NCBI GenBank assembly: GCA_023898645.1
Contig: CP060232.1
Location: 870,001 to 902,000 of the forward strand
DNA: 32,000 nucleotides
From: Candidatus Saccharimonadota bacterium
GTDB lineage: Bacteria > Patescibacteriota > Saccharimonadia > Saccharimonadales > Saccharimonadaceae
Reading direction: 5' to 3'
Position 1 is the first letter of the stretch. Each line of letters opens with the position of its first letter. Positions 23,007 to 31,185 of this stretch are shown one piece after another. Both the position numbers and the translations under genes were made by a program. The notes beneath the pieces were generated by a model that saw only the letters and a program-made list of their open reading frames with translations, had not been told where the DNA came from and did not search any database.

Positions 23007-23748
23007 ATGAAGTCATACCCAGGTGATGCTTGACTCGTTCAACCACATCACCAATGACAACTTGCGACTTAACTAAATAATCATCAACGCCGAGAGTTTC
23101 GGCTTTTTCCTTATCTTTCGGCTGGCTAAGCGCCGTTAGCATGATGACGCGTATATTGGCCGTTTCGGGAGTGTGACGAAGTATATCTAGTACGTCAAAC
23201 CCGCTTATCTTCGGCATCATCGCATCTAAAAGGAGTAAATCTGGTTGGATTTCCTTTGCAGCCTGAAGCGCCTCTTCGCCGTTATGAACCTCATGGATCT
23301 CAAAGCCTTCCAGTTCCAGTCGAGAGCGATACACTGCCGCCAAAGCTTCATCATCCTCAACAAGCAAAATCTTCTTACCAGACGTGTCGCCAACAGGCTG
23401 TTCGTCTTCTTGGTGGTACTGGCCATCTACCGTCGAACTATTATCGCCGTCCGGGACATCCGAGTGCTCTTCGGTACTATCTTGTGCCGTGTCGCCAGAA
23501 TTATCTCCTGACTCATTGCTTTCGCCCTGATCGTTCTCTTCGTGTCGATCATACATGTCATGCAAATCATTTGAATCAGAACTACTCTGCGACTGGTCAT
23601 CACGGCGCTCTTCTTCGAAGCCGCCCGAGCCCTCTTGAACCTCAGAAGACTCGTCTACGACTTCATTATTTCCTTGATCTTGAGAACCGAATCGATCGAA
23701 TTGATCCTGCTCATTTTCTTGTTTTTGTTTATCTTCTTGATCTTGCAT
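23005..23748 (-). CDS. Single-domain response regulator (canonical receiver) with ~120-aa acidic low-complexity N-terminal extension
   Basis: The C-terminal half KKILLVEDDEALA...DLLLLDAMMPKISGFDVL...VIMLTALS...DYLVKS has all receiver hallmarks. The N-terminal half is D/E/Q/S/N-rich (MQDQEDKQKQENEQDQ...). No DNA-binding or enzymatic output domain is present. Confidence 0.8.
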   Translation of the reverse strand: MQDQEDKQKQENEQDQFDRFGSQDQGNNEVVDESSEVQEGSGGFEEERRDDQSQSSSDSNDLHDMYDRHEENDQGESNESGDNSGDTAQDSTEEHSDVPDGDNSSTVDGQYHQEDEQPVGDTSGKKILLVEDDEALAAVYRSRLELEGFEIHEVHNGEEALQAAKEIQPDLLLLDAMMPKISGFDVLDILRHTPETANIRVIMLTALSQPKDKEKAETLGVDDYLVKSQVVIGDVVERVKHHLGMTS

Positions 23749-23782
23749 ATGCTTTTATACTACTACACCGCTTGCCAAACGT

Positions 23783-24988
23783 CTACTGGCCCAAATACTT
23801 GATGGCAGCATCGAGCTGCGGGTCGCGACCAGCAACCACGTCAGACGCTGTCAGCGATACCGTTTTATCTGGTGTAATACCTTGTTTATTAATATTTTTA
23901 CCATTCGGCGTATACCATTTCGCAACTGTAACTTTCAAGACTGCGCCATTTGGAAGATCGAGAAGTTTTTGCACGCTTCCTTTGCCAAACGTCTTTTCTC
24001 CAATCAGTGTCGCCGCATGATGGTCCTGTAATGCACCAGCAACGATTTCACTGGCACTAGCGCTTGAACCATTCACTAACACGACCGTCGGTATACCATC
24101 GAGCACAGGGTCGTTACTAGATCGCAATTCGTCAGTAGTCACGCCGTTCGTTCGTTCACTAACAACAAGCTGATCGCGTAACCATATACCAGCTACATTT
24201 TGAGCTGCAGTCAACAGTCCACCACCATTACCGCGAAGATCAAGTACAACCGCCTTTACATTGTTCTTCTTAAAGTTCTCCGCAGCCTTACGCGCACTAT
24301 AACTTGTAGTTTCATCAAATCGCGTGAGCGTCAGTATACCTACTCCATTTTGAATCTTACTCTCAACGCTTGGTGCAGTAATTTTTGCTCTCGTAATCGT
24401 AAAGTCCTTTATATCGATTCCTCGCTGTATGGTCAGCTTAACGGGCTTTCCTATGTTGCCACGGATCTTATTGACCGTATCATTGACAGACCAACCAGAG
24501 GTTGATTTTCCATCAACTGCAACGACAGTATCACCAGGCAATAGCCCTGCCTTCATAGCCGGCGAATCAGGTAGCGCCCTGATAATCGTCACCTTGTCAT
24601 TGCGATTACCAATCTCAGCACCAATACCACCGCCAATATCGCCATTTAAGTCTTTGTTGAAGTCATTAGCTTCTTTTTTATTCATATAGATAGTGTAATT
24701 GTCACCTGCCGCCGCTACTAATCCACGGCTAGCGCCCTCAATCAATGACTGATTACTCAGCGTGCCATCAAAGTTTGCTTTGAGCTCACGAAATGTCGTC
24801 TGTACGCTTGAAAGATCCAGCGTATCTGATGTCACCTTAACGCCAAACGTCGGAGCTATCAGATTAACAATCTGATCATTGCGCGTACCGGCACTATAAC
24901 CAAGTAGAAAAACCAGTGCCAGCGAAAGCACAAATGCGCCAGGAGTAAAACTCCACTTTTGTTCAGTTTTTTTCGTATTCACTTGCAT
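23783..24988 (-). CDS. S41 family C-terminal processing peptidase (Ctp/Prc-like) with PDZ domain
   Basis: N-terminal TM/signal anchor, PDZ-like SPAMKAGLLPGDTVVAVDG, VLDLRGNGGG, catalytic Ser region NGSSASASEIVAGALQD, and Lys region TFGKGSVQ. Confidence 0.88.
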   Translation of the reverse strand: MQVNTKKTEQKWSFTPGAFVLSLALVFLLGYSAGTRNDQIVNLIAPTFGVKVTSDTLDLSSVQTTFRELKANFDGTLSNQSLIEGASRGLVAAAGDNYTIYMNKKEANDFNKDLNGDIGGGIGAEIGNRNDKVTIIRALPDSPAMKAGLLPGDTVVAVDGKSTSGWSVNDTVNKIRGNIGKPVKLTIQRGIDIKDFTITRAKITAPSVESKIQNGVGILTLTRFDETTSYSARKAAENFKKNNVKAVVLDLRGNGGGLLTAAQNVAGIWLRDQLVVSERTNGVTTDELRSSNDPVLDGIPTVVLVNGSSASASEIVAGALQDHHAATLIGEKTFGKGSVQKLLDLPNGAVLKVTVAKWYTPNGKNINKQGITPDKTVSLTASDVVAGRDPQLDAAIKYLGQ

Positions 24989-25064
24989 CTATTATAGCGC
25001 AAAAAGCTTAAGAATAACTCAAGAGCCTAATTTTACTACAATAAAAACTCTTCGCTCGGATTTT

Positions 25065-26264
25065 TTAGAAATAGATGTATGTATCGTATGTCGCAGCCGA
25101 CACGCGCATCTTACTGTAATTGCCCCAGCCTGGGCCACCTGCATTGTAATAATTGTACTGGCTTACGTCGACGGTACCATCACCATTAACCGCCTCTACC
25201 CAAACGGCGTGGCCATACTCACCCGCCGAAATGATGCCAATTGAGTTAACACGTGGCGTGTTGCCAGTCTCGTAACCAGCCGCCACAGCGCTGGAAGGCC
25301 ACTGATTTGCATTCCCCCAATACATCGGGAAATTGCCACTGTAATGCCCTGCACGCCACGCTGCATAACTAACACATTGTCGGCAACCGTAGCCTAAGGC
25401 ATCCGTACCATCACCGTACGTACCACCATGTGAATATACATTCGAATCAACCCAACAACCAGCTTCCCACGGGTAACCGCCCTTGTTCGGATCGCCTGGC
25501 AAGATATTCGCAGGGATACCACCGCTAGCAGCACGGATAGCAGCTTCAATCGCTTCCTGCTGCTTTTGCTGGACCTCTAGCTTCTGACTTTCACGCTGAG
25601 ACACTAGGCTAGCATACGCAGCCTCCTGACCTTTCGTTTGAGCGATTAGTTGCGCTAACTGATTTTGTTTTGCCACAAGAGCATCCTTAGCCTGCTTTTG
25701 TTCGGCAATCACTCGGTCCACATCCTTTTTCTGTTGCTCTAGAAGCACCTTGGTACTTTTAATAGTCGTGATTGCAGTCACTAAATTATCACGAATGGTA
25801 TTGCGGTAAGCCTGCTTGTCTACAAAGTCGGCAATACTTTTACTACTAGCGAGCATTTCAAGTGGTGATACGTCACTATCCACATACAAATTGGCAATCG
25901 TGTCACCAAGTGCATTTTGATTATCAATAATCTTCTGTTGATTGTCCGCGATCTGTTTGCTAAGTTTATCGTGCTCGGCCTGCTTTAAATTAATTTGCTT
26001 CTGAATGACGTTTGCTTGCGCCTGAAGTGCACTCTTCTCTTTTTTCAAGGAGTCAGTTTGACCGCTTAACTTCTTTGCTTGCGCTTGATAGCTATCGATT
26101 TCAGACTGAATTCGAGAAATCTGGTCATCGAAACTATCAGCCTTTACCACCTTGATAATCTGAAACGGTGTTGTCGCGACAAACAAAAGAGTTACCGTGA
26201 GTATTGCTAGTTGTTTCGCGGTAATTTTTATTTTCACGACCGGCATGGTGGACCATCGTTTCAT
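25065..26264 (-). CDS. PcsB-like secreted peptidoglycan hydrolase: signal/TM, long coiled coil, C-terminal CHAP domain (paralog A)
   Basis: Heptad-rich region (QISRIQSEIDSYQAQAKKLSGQTDSLKKEKSALQAQANVIQKQINLKQAEHDKL...). The CHAP domain has a Cys motif (GCRQCVSYAAWRA) and a His motif (GEYGHAVWVEAV). Confidence 0.8.
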   Translation of the reverse strand: MKRWSTMPVVKIKITAKQLAILTVTLLFVATTPFQIIKVVKADSFDDQISRIQSEIDSYQAQAKKLSGQTDSLKKEKSALQAQANVIQKQINLKQAEHDKLSKQIADNQQKIIDNQNALGDTIANLYVDSDVSPLEMLASSKSIADFVDKQAYRNTIRDNLVTAITTIKSTKVLLEQQKKDVDRVIAEQKQAKDALVAKQNQLAQLIAQTKGQEAAYASLVSQRESQKLEVQQKQQEAIEAAIRAASGGIPANILPGDPNKGGYPWEAGCWVDSNVYSHGGTYGDGTDALGYGCRQCVSYAAWRAGHYSGNFPMYWGNANQWPSSAVAAGYETGNTPRVNSIGIISAGEYGHAVWVEAVNGDGTVDVSQYNYYNAGGPGWGNYSKMRVSAATYDTYIYF

Positions 26265-26273
26265 TCTGGGGTG

Positions 26274-26282
26274 ATTATAGCA
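26274..26282 (-). promoter_or_regulatory. Extended -10 TGcTATAAT, 9 nt upstream of the paralog A ATG
   Basis: The reverse complement of 26274-26282 is TGCTATAAT. Confidence 0.45.
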
Positions 26283-26310
26283 TAAGCACTATGATTTGTC
26301 CAGATACGGA

Positions 26311-27504
26311 CTAGGCGTTCGGGAAGCGAAGAAAGATAACGCCAGAATTTTTGATCCACATAGTACTGTATTCACCGGTTCCATAGAAGTTATATTGGCT
26401 CACAAACACGTTGTCACCGCTCACCGATTCTACAATCATTGCATGTCCTATAGGCGAAAAGGGATACGTTGCCGGTAGAATTACTGCATCGCCGGGCTGA
26501 GGAGAGCCAACCTGGAACGCACCGCTGTATGCAGGCGCGCTGTAAGTCCACTGGCCTGCATTACCTTGTCCGTTGAAATTACCGACATATTTATGGAACC
26601 GCGCCGAAAGAGCCCAGGCTACGTAACTAACACATTCTCTGTTGTATAAACCCCATGGATCAGCATATGTATCTTGACCGCCACAGTATGGATATCCGCC
26701 GCCGCCACCGCACCCTTGGTTACCGCTCCAACCCCAGTACTGGAAATTACCGACGACTCCGCTATTACCGCTACCCGCAGCAATGAGCGACGCGTAATAG
26801 GCTCGTTGAGCCGCAGCGGCCGAAGCAATCTGGTCCTTAGCGCTACTCACAAGACTTTGATATGCAGCTTCTTGACCTCGAGTCTCATTTACAAGCTGCT
26901 GCTGCGTTGCCTCTTGTGCTGCTAGCTGATTATTTTGAGCCTTAAGCTGGCTCAATACCTTTTCAACTGCCTGTTTGTCACTATCAAGACGTGCTTTTAA
27001 TTGCTTAATCTGGGCAATTGCACTATTCAATTGATCCCGAACAGACGACCTATACTCCTGTTTGTCTACAAAATCACCAATATTCTGGCTACTCGCTAAT
27101 AATTCAACCGTCGAGATATTGTCATCGACGTATAGGTTCGCAAGTACGTCACCGAGTACATTTTGGGTTTTGGACAATTTTACTTGGTTTGCGGCAATAT
27201 CAGCCTGTAACTTCTCGTGCTTTTTCTGATTAATTTCAATTTTAGTCTGCAACGCATTAATCTGCGCACCTATTTCGTAGAGCTTGTTTTGCAACGTATC
27301 TGCTTTGGCTCGTAACTGATTTGCTTGTGCTTGGTACTCATTTGCTTTGGACTGTAGTGATGCAATCTGATCATCCCACTCGTCGGCAAGTGCGTGTTGT
27401 ACATACGCAAGTGGCACGCTCACTGCAATCAACAGTGCCATACTAGCCAGTAAGAACCGTCTAGGCAAGAATCTTCGGCGGAAAGTGGTGGACGCCTTTT
27501 TCAT
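26311..27504 (-). CDS. PcsB-like secreted peptidoglycan hydrolase: signal/TM, coiled coil, CHAP domain (paralog B)
   Basis: From the ATG at 27504: MKKASTTFRRRFLPRRFLLASMALLIAVSVPLAYV (signal-like), then a coiled coil, a Gly-rich insert GCGGGGGYPYCGG, and CHAP motifs Cys (NRECVSYVAWAL) and His (IGHAMIVESV). The track start at 27567 is a TTG adding 21 unlikely residues. Confidence 0.8.
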   Translation of the reverse strand: MKKASTTFRRRFLPRRFLLASMALLIAVSVPLAYVQHALADEWDDQIASLQSKANEYQAQANQLRAKADTLQNKLYEIGAQINALQTKIEINQKKHEKLQADIAANQVKLSKTQNVLGDVLANLYVDDNISTVELLASSQNIGDFVDKQEYRSSVRDQLNSAIAQIKQLKARLDSDKQAVEKVLSQLKAQNNQLAAQEATQQQLVNETRGQEAAYQSLVSSAKDQIASAAAAQRAYYASLIAAGSGNSGVVGNFQYWGWSGNQGCGGGGGYPYCGGQDTYADPWGLYNRECVSYVAWALSARFHKYVGNFNGQGNAGQWTYSAPAYSGAFQVGSPQPGDAVILPATYPFSPIGHAMIVESVSGDNVFVSQYNFYGTGEYSTMWIKNSGVIFLRFPNA

Positions 27505-27563
27505 ATGTACTTCTATGGTAATACTACCCTGTTTCTGCGTCAATACGCTTAAGCTTATACTTA

Positions 27564-28541
27564 TCAAAGTTTGAGGTACTTACGAGTCGCCAGTAATGAC
27601 GAAACTACACCTATTGCCGCACCAACAAATATCATGGCTAGCAGCAAGAACGGCATATATTGTGTCACAATATGAATCGTATTCGAAATCGCAATCTGAT
27701 AACTATCAAGCGAATCCTTTACAGCATACAATATCGCCACGCCGAGTCCAGTCGCAATGACGGCCGCAATAAAGCCGTACACGACTGCCTCTACCACAAA
27801 CGGCCCGCGTATAAAGCTACGATCCGCACCAATGAGCTTCATCATCTGAATCTCTTCTCTGCGGTTAAATATAGCCATACGAATGGTATTAAAGATGATT
27901 AGCGACGAGATAATGATAAAGATAGCACTAGCAAGTAGCCCTGCGTTCTGAGCAAATTGAATAGCTATACCGATATTCTGAATGGCACTGCGTCGCTCAC
28001 CACTAAACGACGGTTGACGATTTGGGTCTGCATATTGTTTATATAGATCATCATTTTTGACGAAGCGATCCAGCTGCGAGGGGTCATTAATGTCAACGAT
28101 ATTCACCCGGAACGTCCCCGGAAACTTGTTCGTAGCTTCGTTAAGCGCTTCAAGTGTCTGTGCATCGCCCTTGTTTTGATCGGCGAAGTCAGACCGCGCC
28201 TGGTCGGGACTAACGTAACGCACGCGTTTTACGCCGGGAAGTTTTGCTATTTTGTCCTGAATCTGGCTGGCGGCATCGCTAGGCGTGGTCGTCTGAACAT
28301 AAATCGACATATCAGTCTTCGCCTTAATGGCATCGACCGTATCCACCAGCACCTGCCGTGCGACAAGTGTCATAAAGATAATCAGCAGTGTAATTGTCAT
28401 AACTGCCGTCGCAGCGACTGTTAGCCAAGCATTACGACTAAAGTTATTTACACCATAGCGACACATACGCACGAACGTCAGCCACTTGCGGCGCGTTTGC
28501 TTACTCTGTGTTAATGCTCGAGGTGCGTTATTTTTTCCCAT
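27564..28541 (-). CDS. ftsX: Cell-division ABC transporter permease-like protein FtsX
   Basis: Basic N-terminus, TM1, a large extracytoplasmic loop (VDAIKAKTDMSIYV...VRYVSPDQA), then three C-terminal TM helices with the FtsX-type pattern. The ATG at 28541 lies 1 nt after the ftsE stop codon (28543-28545); the track GTG start is at 28574. Confidence 0.88.
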   Translation of the reverse strand: MGKNNAPRALTQSKQTRRKWLTFVRMCRYGVNNFSRNAWLTVAATAVMTITLLIIFMTLVARQVLVDTVDAIKAKTDMSIYVQTTTPSDAASQIQDKIAKLPGVKRVRYVSPDQARSDFADQNKGDAQTLEALNEATNKFPGTFRVNIVDINDPSQLDRFVKNDDLYKQYADPNRQPSFSGERRSAIQNIGIAIQFAQNAGLLASAIFIIISSLIIFNTIRMAIFNRREEIQMMKLIGADRSFIRGPFVVEAVVYGFIAAVIATGLGVAILYAVKDSLDSYQIAISNTIHIVTQYMPFLLLAMIFVGAAIGVVSSLLATRKYLKL

Positions 28542-28542
28542 A

Positions 28543-29229
28543 CTACTGCCTATAACTTCCCTGCGCCTGATCACTGACTACCTTGCCATGATCCAACGTA
28601 ATGACTCGACGCTTGAGTTTGTTCACGATTTCAACATTATGCGTTGTAAGCAACACTGTCGTTCCGTATTTATTGATCTTCTCGAGTAACCGTACAATAT
28701 CCCAGCTGTGTTTTGGGTCCAGGTTGCCAGTAGGTTCGTCCGCTATCAATATTTTTGGCTGACGTACAACCGCACGCGCAATTGCTACGCGCTGACGCTC
28801 ACCGCCAGAAAGCTGATGCGGAAACTGACTTTCTTTACCAGTTAATCCTACGAGTTCAATGACTTTTGGCACAGTATTTTTAATCTCATGACCAGTCATG
28901 CCGGCAATTTCTAAAGCAAACGCAATATTTTCATAGACAGTACGTTGTGGTAGTAATTTAAAATCTTGAAAAACAACGCCAATCTTGCGACGCAGTAAAG
29001 GTATGTGCTTGTCTTTAAGCGTGTCATAGTCAATACCTCCAACGACAATCTTGCCGCTAGTCGGCTTCTCTTCTCTGGTCAACAATTTAAGCAAAGTCGA
29101 TTTGCCTGCACCACTAGTACCAACGATGATAACGAACTCTTTAGGTTCGACATGTAAACTGATGCGGTTTAATGCCGACTTATTGCTGTTTTTTCCGTAC
29201 GTTTTCGTAACCCTATCAAGAAGTATCAT
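28543..29229 (-). CDS. ftsE: Cell-division ATP-binding protein FtsE
   Basis: 228 aa. Walker A GTSGAGKST, Q-loop, ABC signature LSGGERQRV, Walker B ILIADEPTGNLD. Located directly upstream of ftsX. Confidence 0.93.
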   Translation of the reverse strand: MILLDRVTKTYGKNSNKSALNRISLHVEPKEFVIIVGTSGAGKSTLLKLLTREEKPTSGKIVVGGIDYDTLKDKHIPLLRRKIGVVFQDFKLLPQRTVYENIAFALEIAGMTGHEIKNTVPKVIELVGLTGKESQFPHQLSGGERQRVAIARAVVRQPKILIADEPTGNLDPKHSWDIVRLLEKINKYGTTVLLTTHNVEIVNKLKRRVITLDHGKVVSDQAQGSYRQ

Positions 29230-29239
29230 TGCTTTTCAT

Positions 29240-29245
29240 ATTATA
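29240..29245 (-). promoter_or_regulatory. -10 TATAAT, 10 nt upstream of the ftsE ATG
   Basis: The reverse complement of 29240-29245 is TATAAT. Confidence 0.4.
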
Positions 29246-29395
29246 GCATAAGTATTGTTTAATAAGAACAAGTGAAATCAGTATTTCACATCTATTTTCT
29301 GCACTTTATGGCGGACTTATACACAAACAATAAGTAGATTAAAACAGCGGCTTTGAGAATGCCGTTTCAACGTTATCTATAAGCCTACGAAGAAG

Positions 29396-30478
29396 CTATT
29401 CGCCTAATTGTGATTCCAGATAGGCTTCTATAAAGCCATCAATCTTGCCGTCGAGCACCGCCTGCGGATCTTTCTCTTCATATTTAGTACGAGTGTCCTT
29501 CACTAACGTATACGGATGTAGTACATAGTTACGGATCTGTGAGCCCCAGTTTGCCGATTCTCCAGCGCGTAAATCAGCAATCGATTCAGCATGTTGTTCC
29601 ATCTGTAATTGGGCAAGCTTAGAACGCAAGATCTTCATAGCCGTTTCCTTATTTTGCAACTGGCTGCGTTCGTTCTGAATCGCCACAACCAAGCCAGTCG
29701 GCACATGAGTCACTCTCACGGCGCTATCAGTCGTATTGACTGACTGACCGCCATGGCCACCCGCGCGATAAACATCAACTTTCAAATCTTTGTCATCCAA
29801 CTGCACTTCATCCGGCGTATCAATTTGCGGCAAAACCTCCACCAGCGCAAAGCTCGTCTGGCGTAAATTATCGCTATTAAATGGACTTAGCCGTACCAGC
29901 CTGTGAACACCATTTTCAGACCGCAATTTACCGTAAACATAGGGGCCGGTTATTTCGATGACACTTGACTTGATCCCAGCTTCCTCGCCAGCTGAGCGTT
30001 CAACGGTCGATGCATTCATACTAGACTTTTCCGCCCAACGTAAATACATTCGCTCTAACATCTCGGCAAAATCCTGCGCATCAGTACCGCCCACTCCGGC
30101 GCTTATGCGAATAATTGCATTATGATCATCATATCTTCCGCTATACAGCAATTCCTTTTTGCGATCAGCAAATTCATTTTCTAAAGCCTCTATCTGGCCT
30201 TCAAATTCACTTCGTAAACTGTCGTCACCCAACGCCATCAGCTCGGCCATATCATTCACCTGGGCTTGTAATGTCTGCCACGGCTGCACCATTGCGCCTA
30301 ACGCCGCCTGTTGTTTACTCATAGCCTGCGCATTAGCAGGATTATTCCACACCTCGGGCACGGCAAGTTCGTCATCAAGCGACTGCAATTGCTTGGCTTT
30401 TACGTCAATAGCAAGCTGTTCGTACGCGACAGCTATATCATCCTTCAAAACCTGTATTCGTTTCTCAAGTGGTTGCAT
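29396..30478 (-). CDS. prfB: Peptide chain release factor 2 (single uninterrupted ORF, no programmed frameshift)
   Basis: 360 aa. SPF tripeptide context (RLSPFNSDNLRQTSFALVEV) and GGQ motif (YRAGGHGGQSVNTTDSAVRVTHVPTG). Confidence 0.92.
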   Translation of the reverse strand: MQPLEKRIQVLKDDIAVAYEQLAIDVKAKQLQSLDDELAVPEVWNNPANAQAMSKQQAALGAMVQPWQTLQAQVNDMAELMALGDDSLRSEFEGQIEALENEFADRKKELLYSGRYDDHNAIIRISAGVGGTDAQDFAEMLERMYLRWAEKSSMNASTVERSAGEEAGIKSSVIEITGPYVYGKLRSENGVHRLVRLSPFNSDNLRQTSFALVEVLPQIDTPDEVQLDDKDLKVDVYRAGGHGGQSVNTTDSAVRVTHVPTGLVVAIQNERSQLQNKETAMKILRSKLAQLQMEQHAESIADLRAGESANWGSQIRNYVLHPYTLVKDTRTKYEEKDPQAVLDGKIDGFIEAYLESQLGE

Positions 30479-30485
30479 AGATTAA

Positions 30486-30513
30486 ATTATACAGTACTAC
30501 CTCGTGTTACACT
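30486..30513. promoter_or_regulatory. Divergent -10 boxes inside the 41-nt prfB/murI intergenic region, both with leaderless-type spacing
   Basis: Minus strand: TATAAT (complement of 30486-30491), then 7 nt to the prfB ATG at 30478. Plus strand: TGtTACACT (30505-30513), then 6 nt to the murI ATG at 30520. Confidence 0.55.
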
Positions 30514-30519
30514 GGTGAC

Positions 30520-31185
30520 ATGATAAAAATTGGTGTATTTGATTCAGGCGTCGGCGGTGAGGCTGTCGCAGAAAGATTACGTCAATTGTTTCCTGAAGCC
30601 AAAATCATATCGGTAAACGACAGCGCCAACGTACCTTATGGCACCAAAGCGGCGCACGAGATTACTCGTCTAACAGATTCCGCTATACAGCCACTACTCA
30701 AGGCAAAATGCGACGCAATTGTTATCGCTTGTAATACCGCAACGACAAATGCCATCAATCATCTTCGCGCCACCTACCCTAAAGTCCATTTCGTTGGCAT
30801 TGAACCTATGGTTAAACCAGCAGCCAAACTGACCAAAACAAGTGTCATTGCCGTCCTCGCTACGCCCAGCACTTTAAAAAGCCACCGCTACGCAGAGTTG
30901 AAGCGTCAATGGGCGCCAAAACTTACTGTTATTGAGCCTGACTGTGCCAACTGGGCCTCGTTCATCGAACGAGGAGAACTACAACGGGTCGACGTACACG
31001 TAGCTGTTCACGAAGCACTAAGATGGCACTCAGACGTAATCGTACTTGGTTGTACCCATTACCATTGGCTGAAAGACCGCATACAGGCCATCGCAGGCCC
31101 GAGTGTACGCGTACTTGAGCCATCCGATGCAATCGGTGCCCGCATAGAATCACTTCTTTCTACAGACTCTCTACTGCCTGTATAA
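30520..31185 (+). CDS. murI: Glutamate racemase
   Basis: 221 aa. IGVFDSGVGGEAV...NVPYGTK..., first catalytic Cys context VIACNTAT, and second VLGCTHYHWL. Confidence 0.9.
   Translation: MIKIGVFDSGVGGEAVAERLRQLFPEAKIISVNDSANVPYGTKAAHEITRLTDSAIQPLLKAKCDAIVIACNTATTNAINHLRATYPKVHFVGIEPMVKPAAKLTKTSVIAVLATPSTLKSHRYAELKRQWAPKLTVIEPDCANWASFIERGELQRVDVHVAVHEALRWHSDVIVLGCTHYHWLKDRIQAIAGPSVRVLEPSDAIGARIESLLSTDSLLPV

Noticed and set aside
23256-24020. 254-aa plus-strand ORF (with further plus-strand track ORFs at 23245-23511 and a minus-strand alternative-frame ORF at 23226-23426)
   Set aside because: It is a shadow ORF running antisense to the low-complexity acidic region of the response regulator and the 3' end of the S41 peptidase gene. 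Its Pro/Arg/Leu/Ser-rich composition is typical of antisense frames, and it lacks an SD or promoter.
24989-24996. TATAAT box only 2 nt upstream of the S41 peptidase ATG
   Set aside because: It is too close to the ATG to drive a transcript that includes this start codon. The gene is more likely co-transcribed with the upstream hydrolase genes.
29396-30478. Looked for the programmed +1 frameshift site typical of prfB
   Set aside because: The gene is a single uninterrupted 360-aa ORF from an ATG with a normal RF2 N-terminus. Frameshift-less prfB genes are common, so this is not noteworthy.
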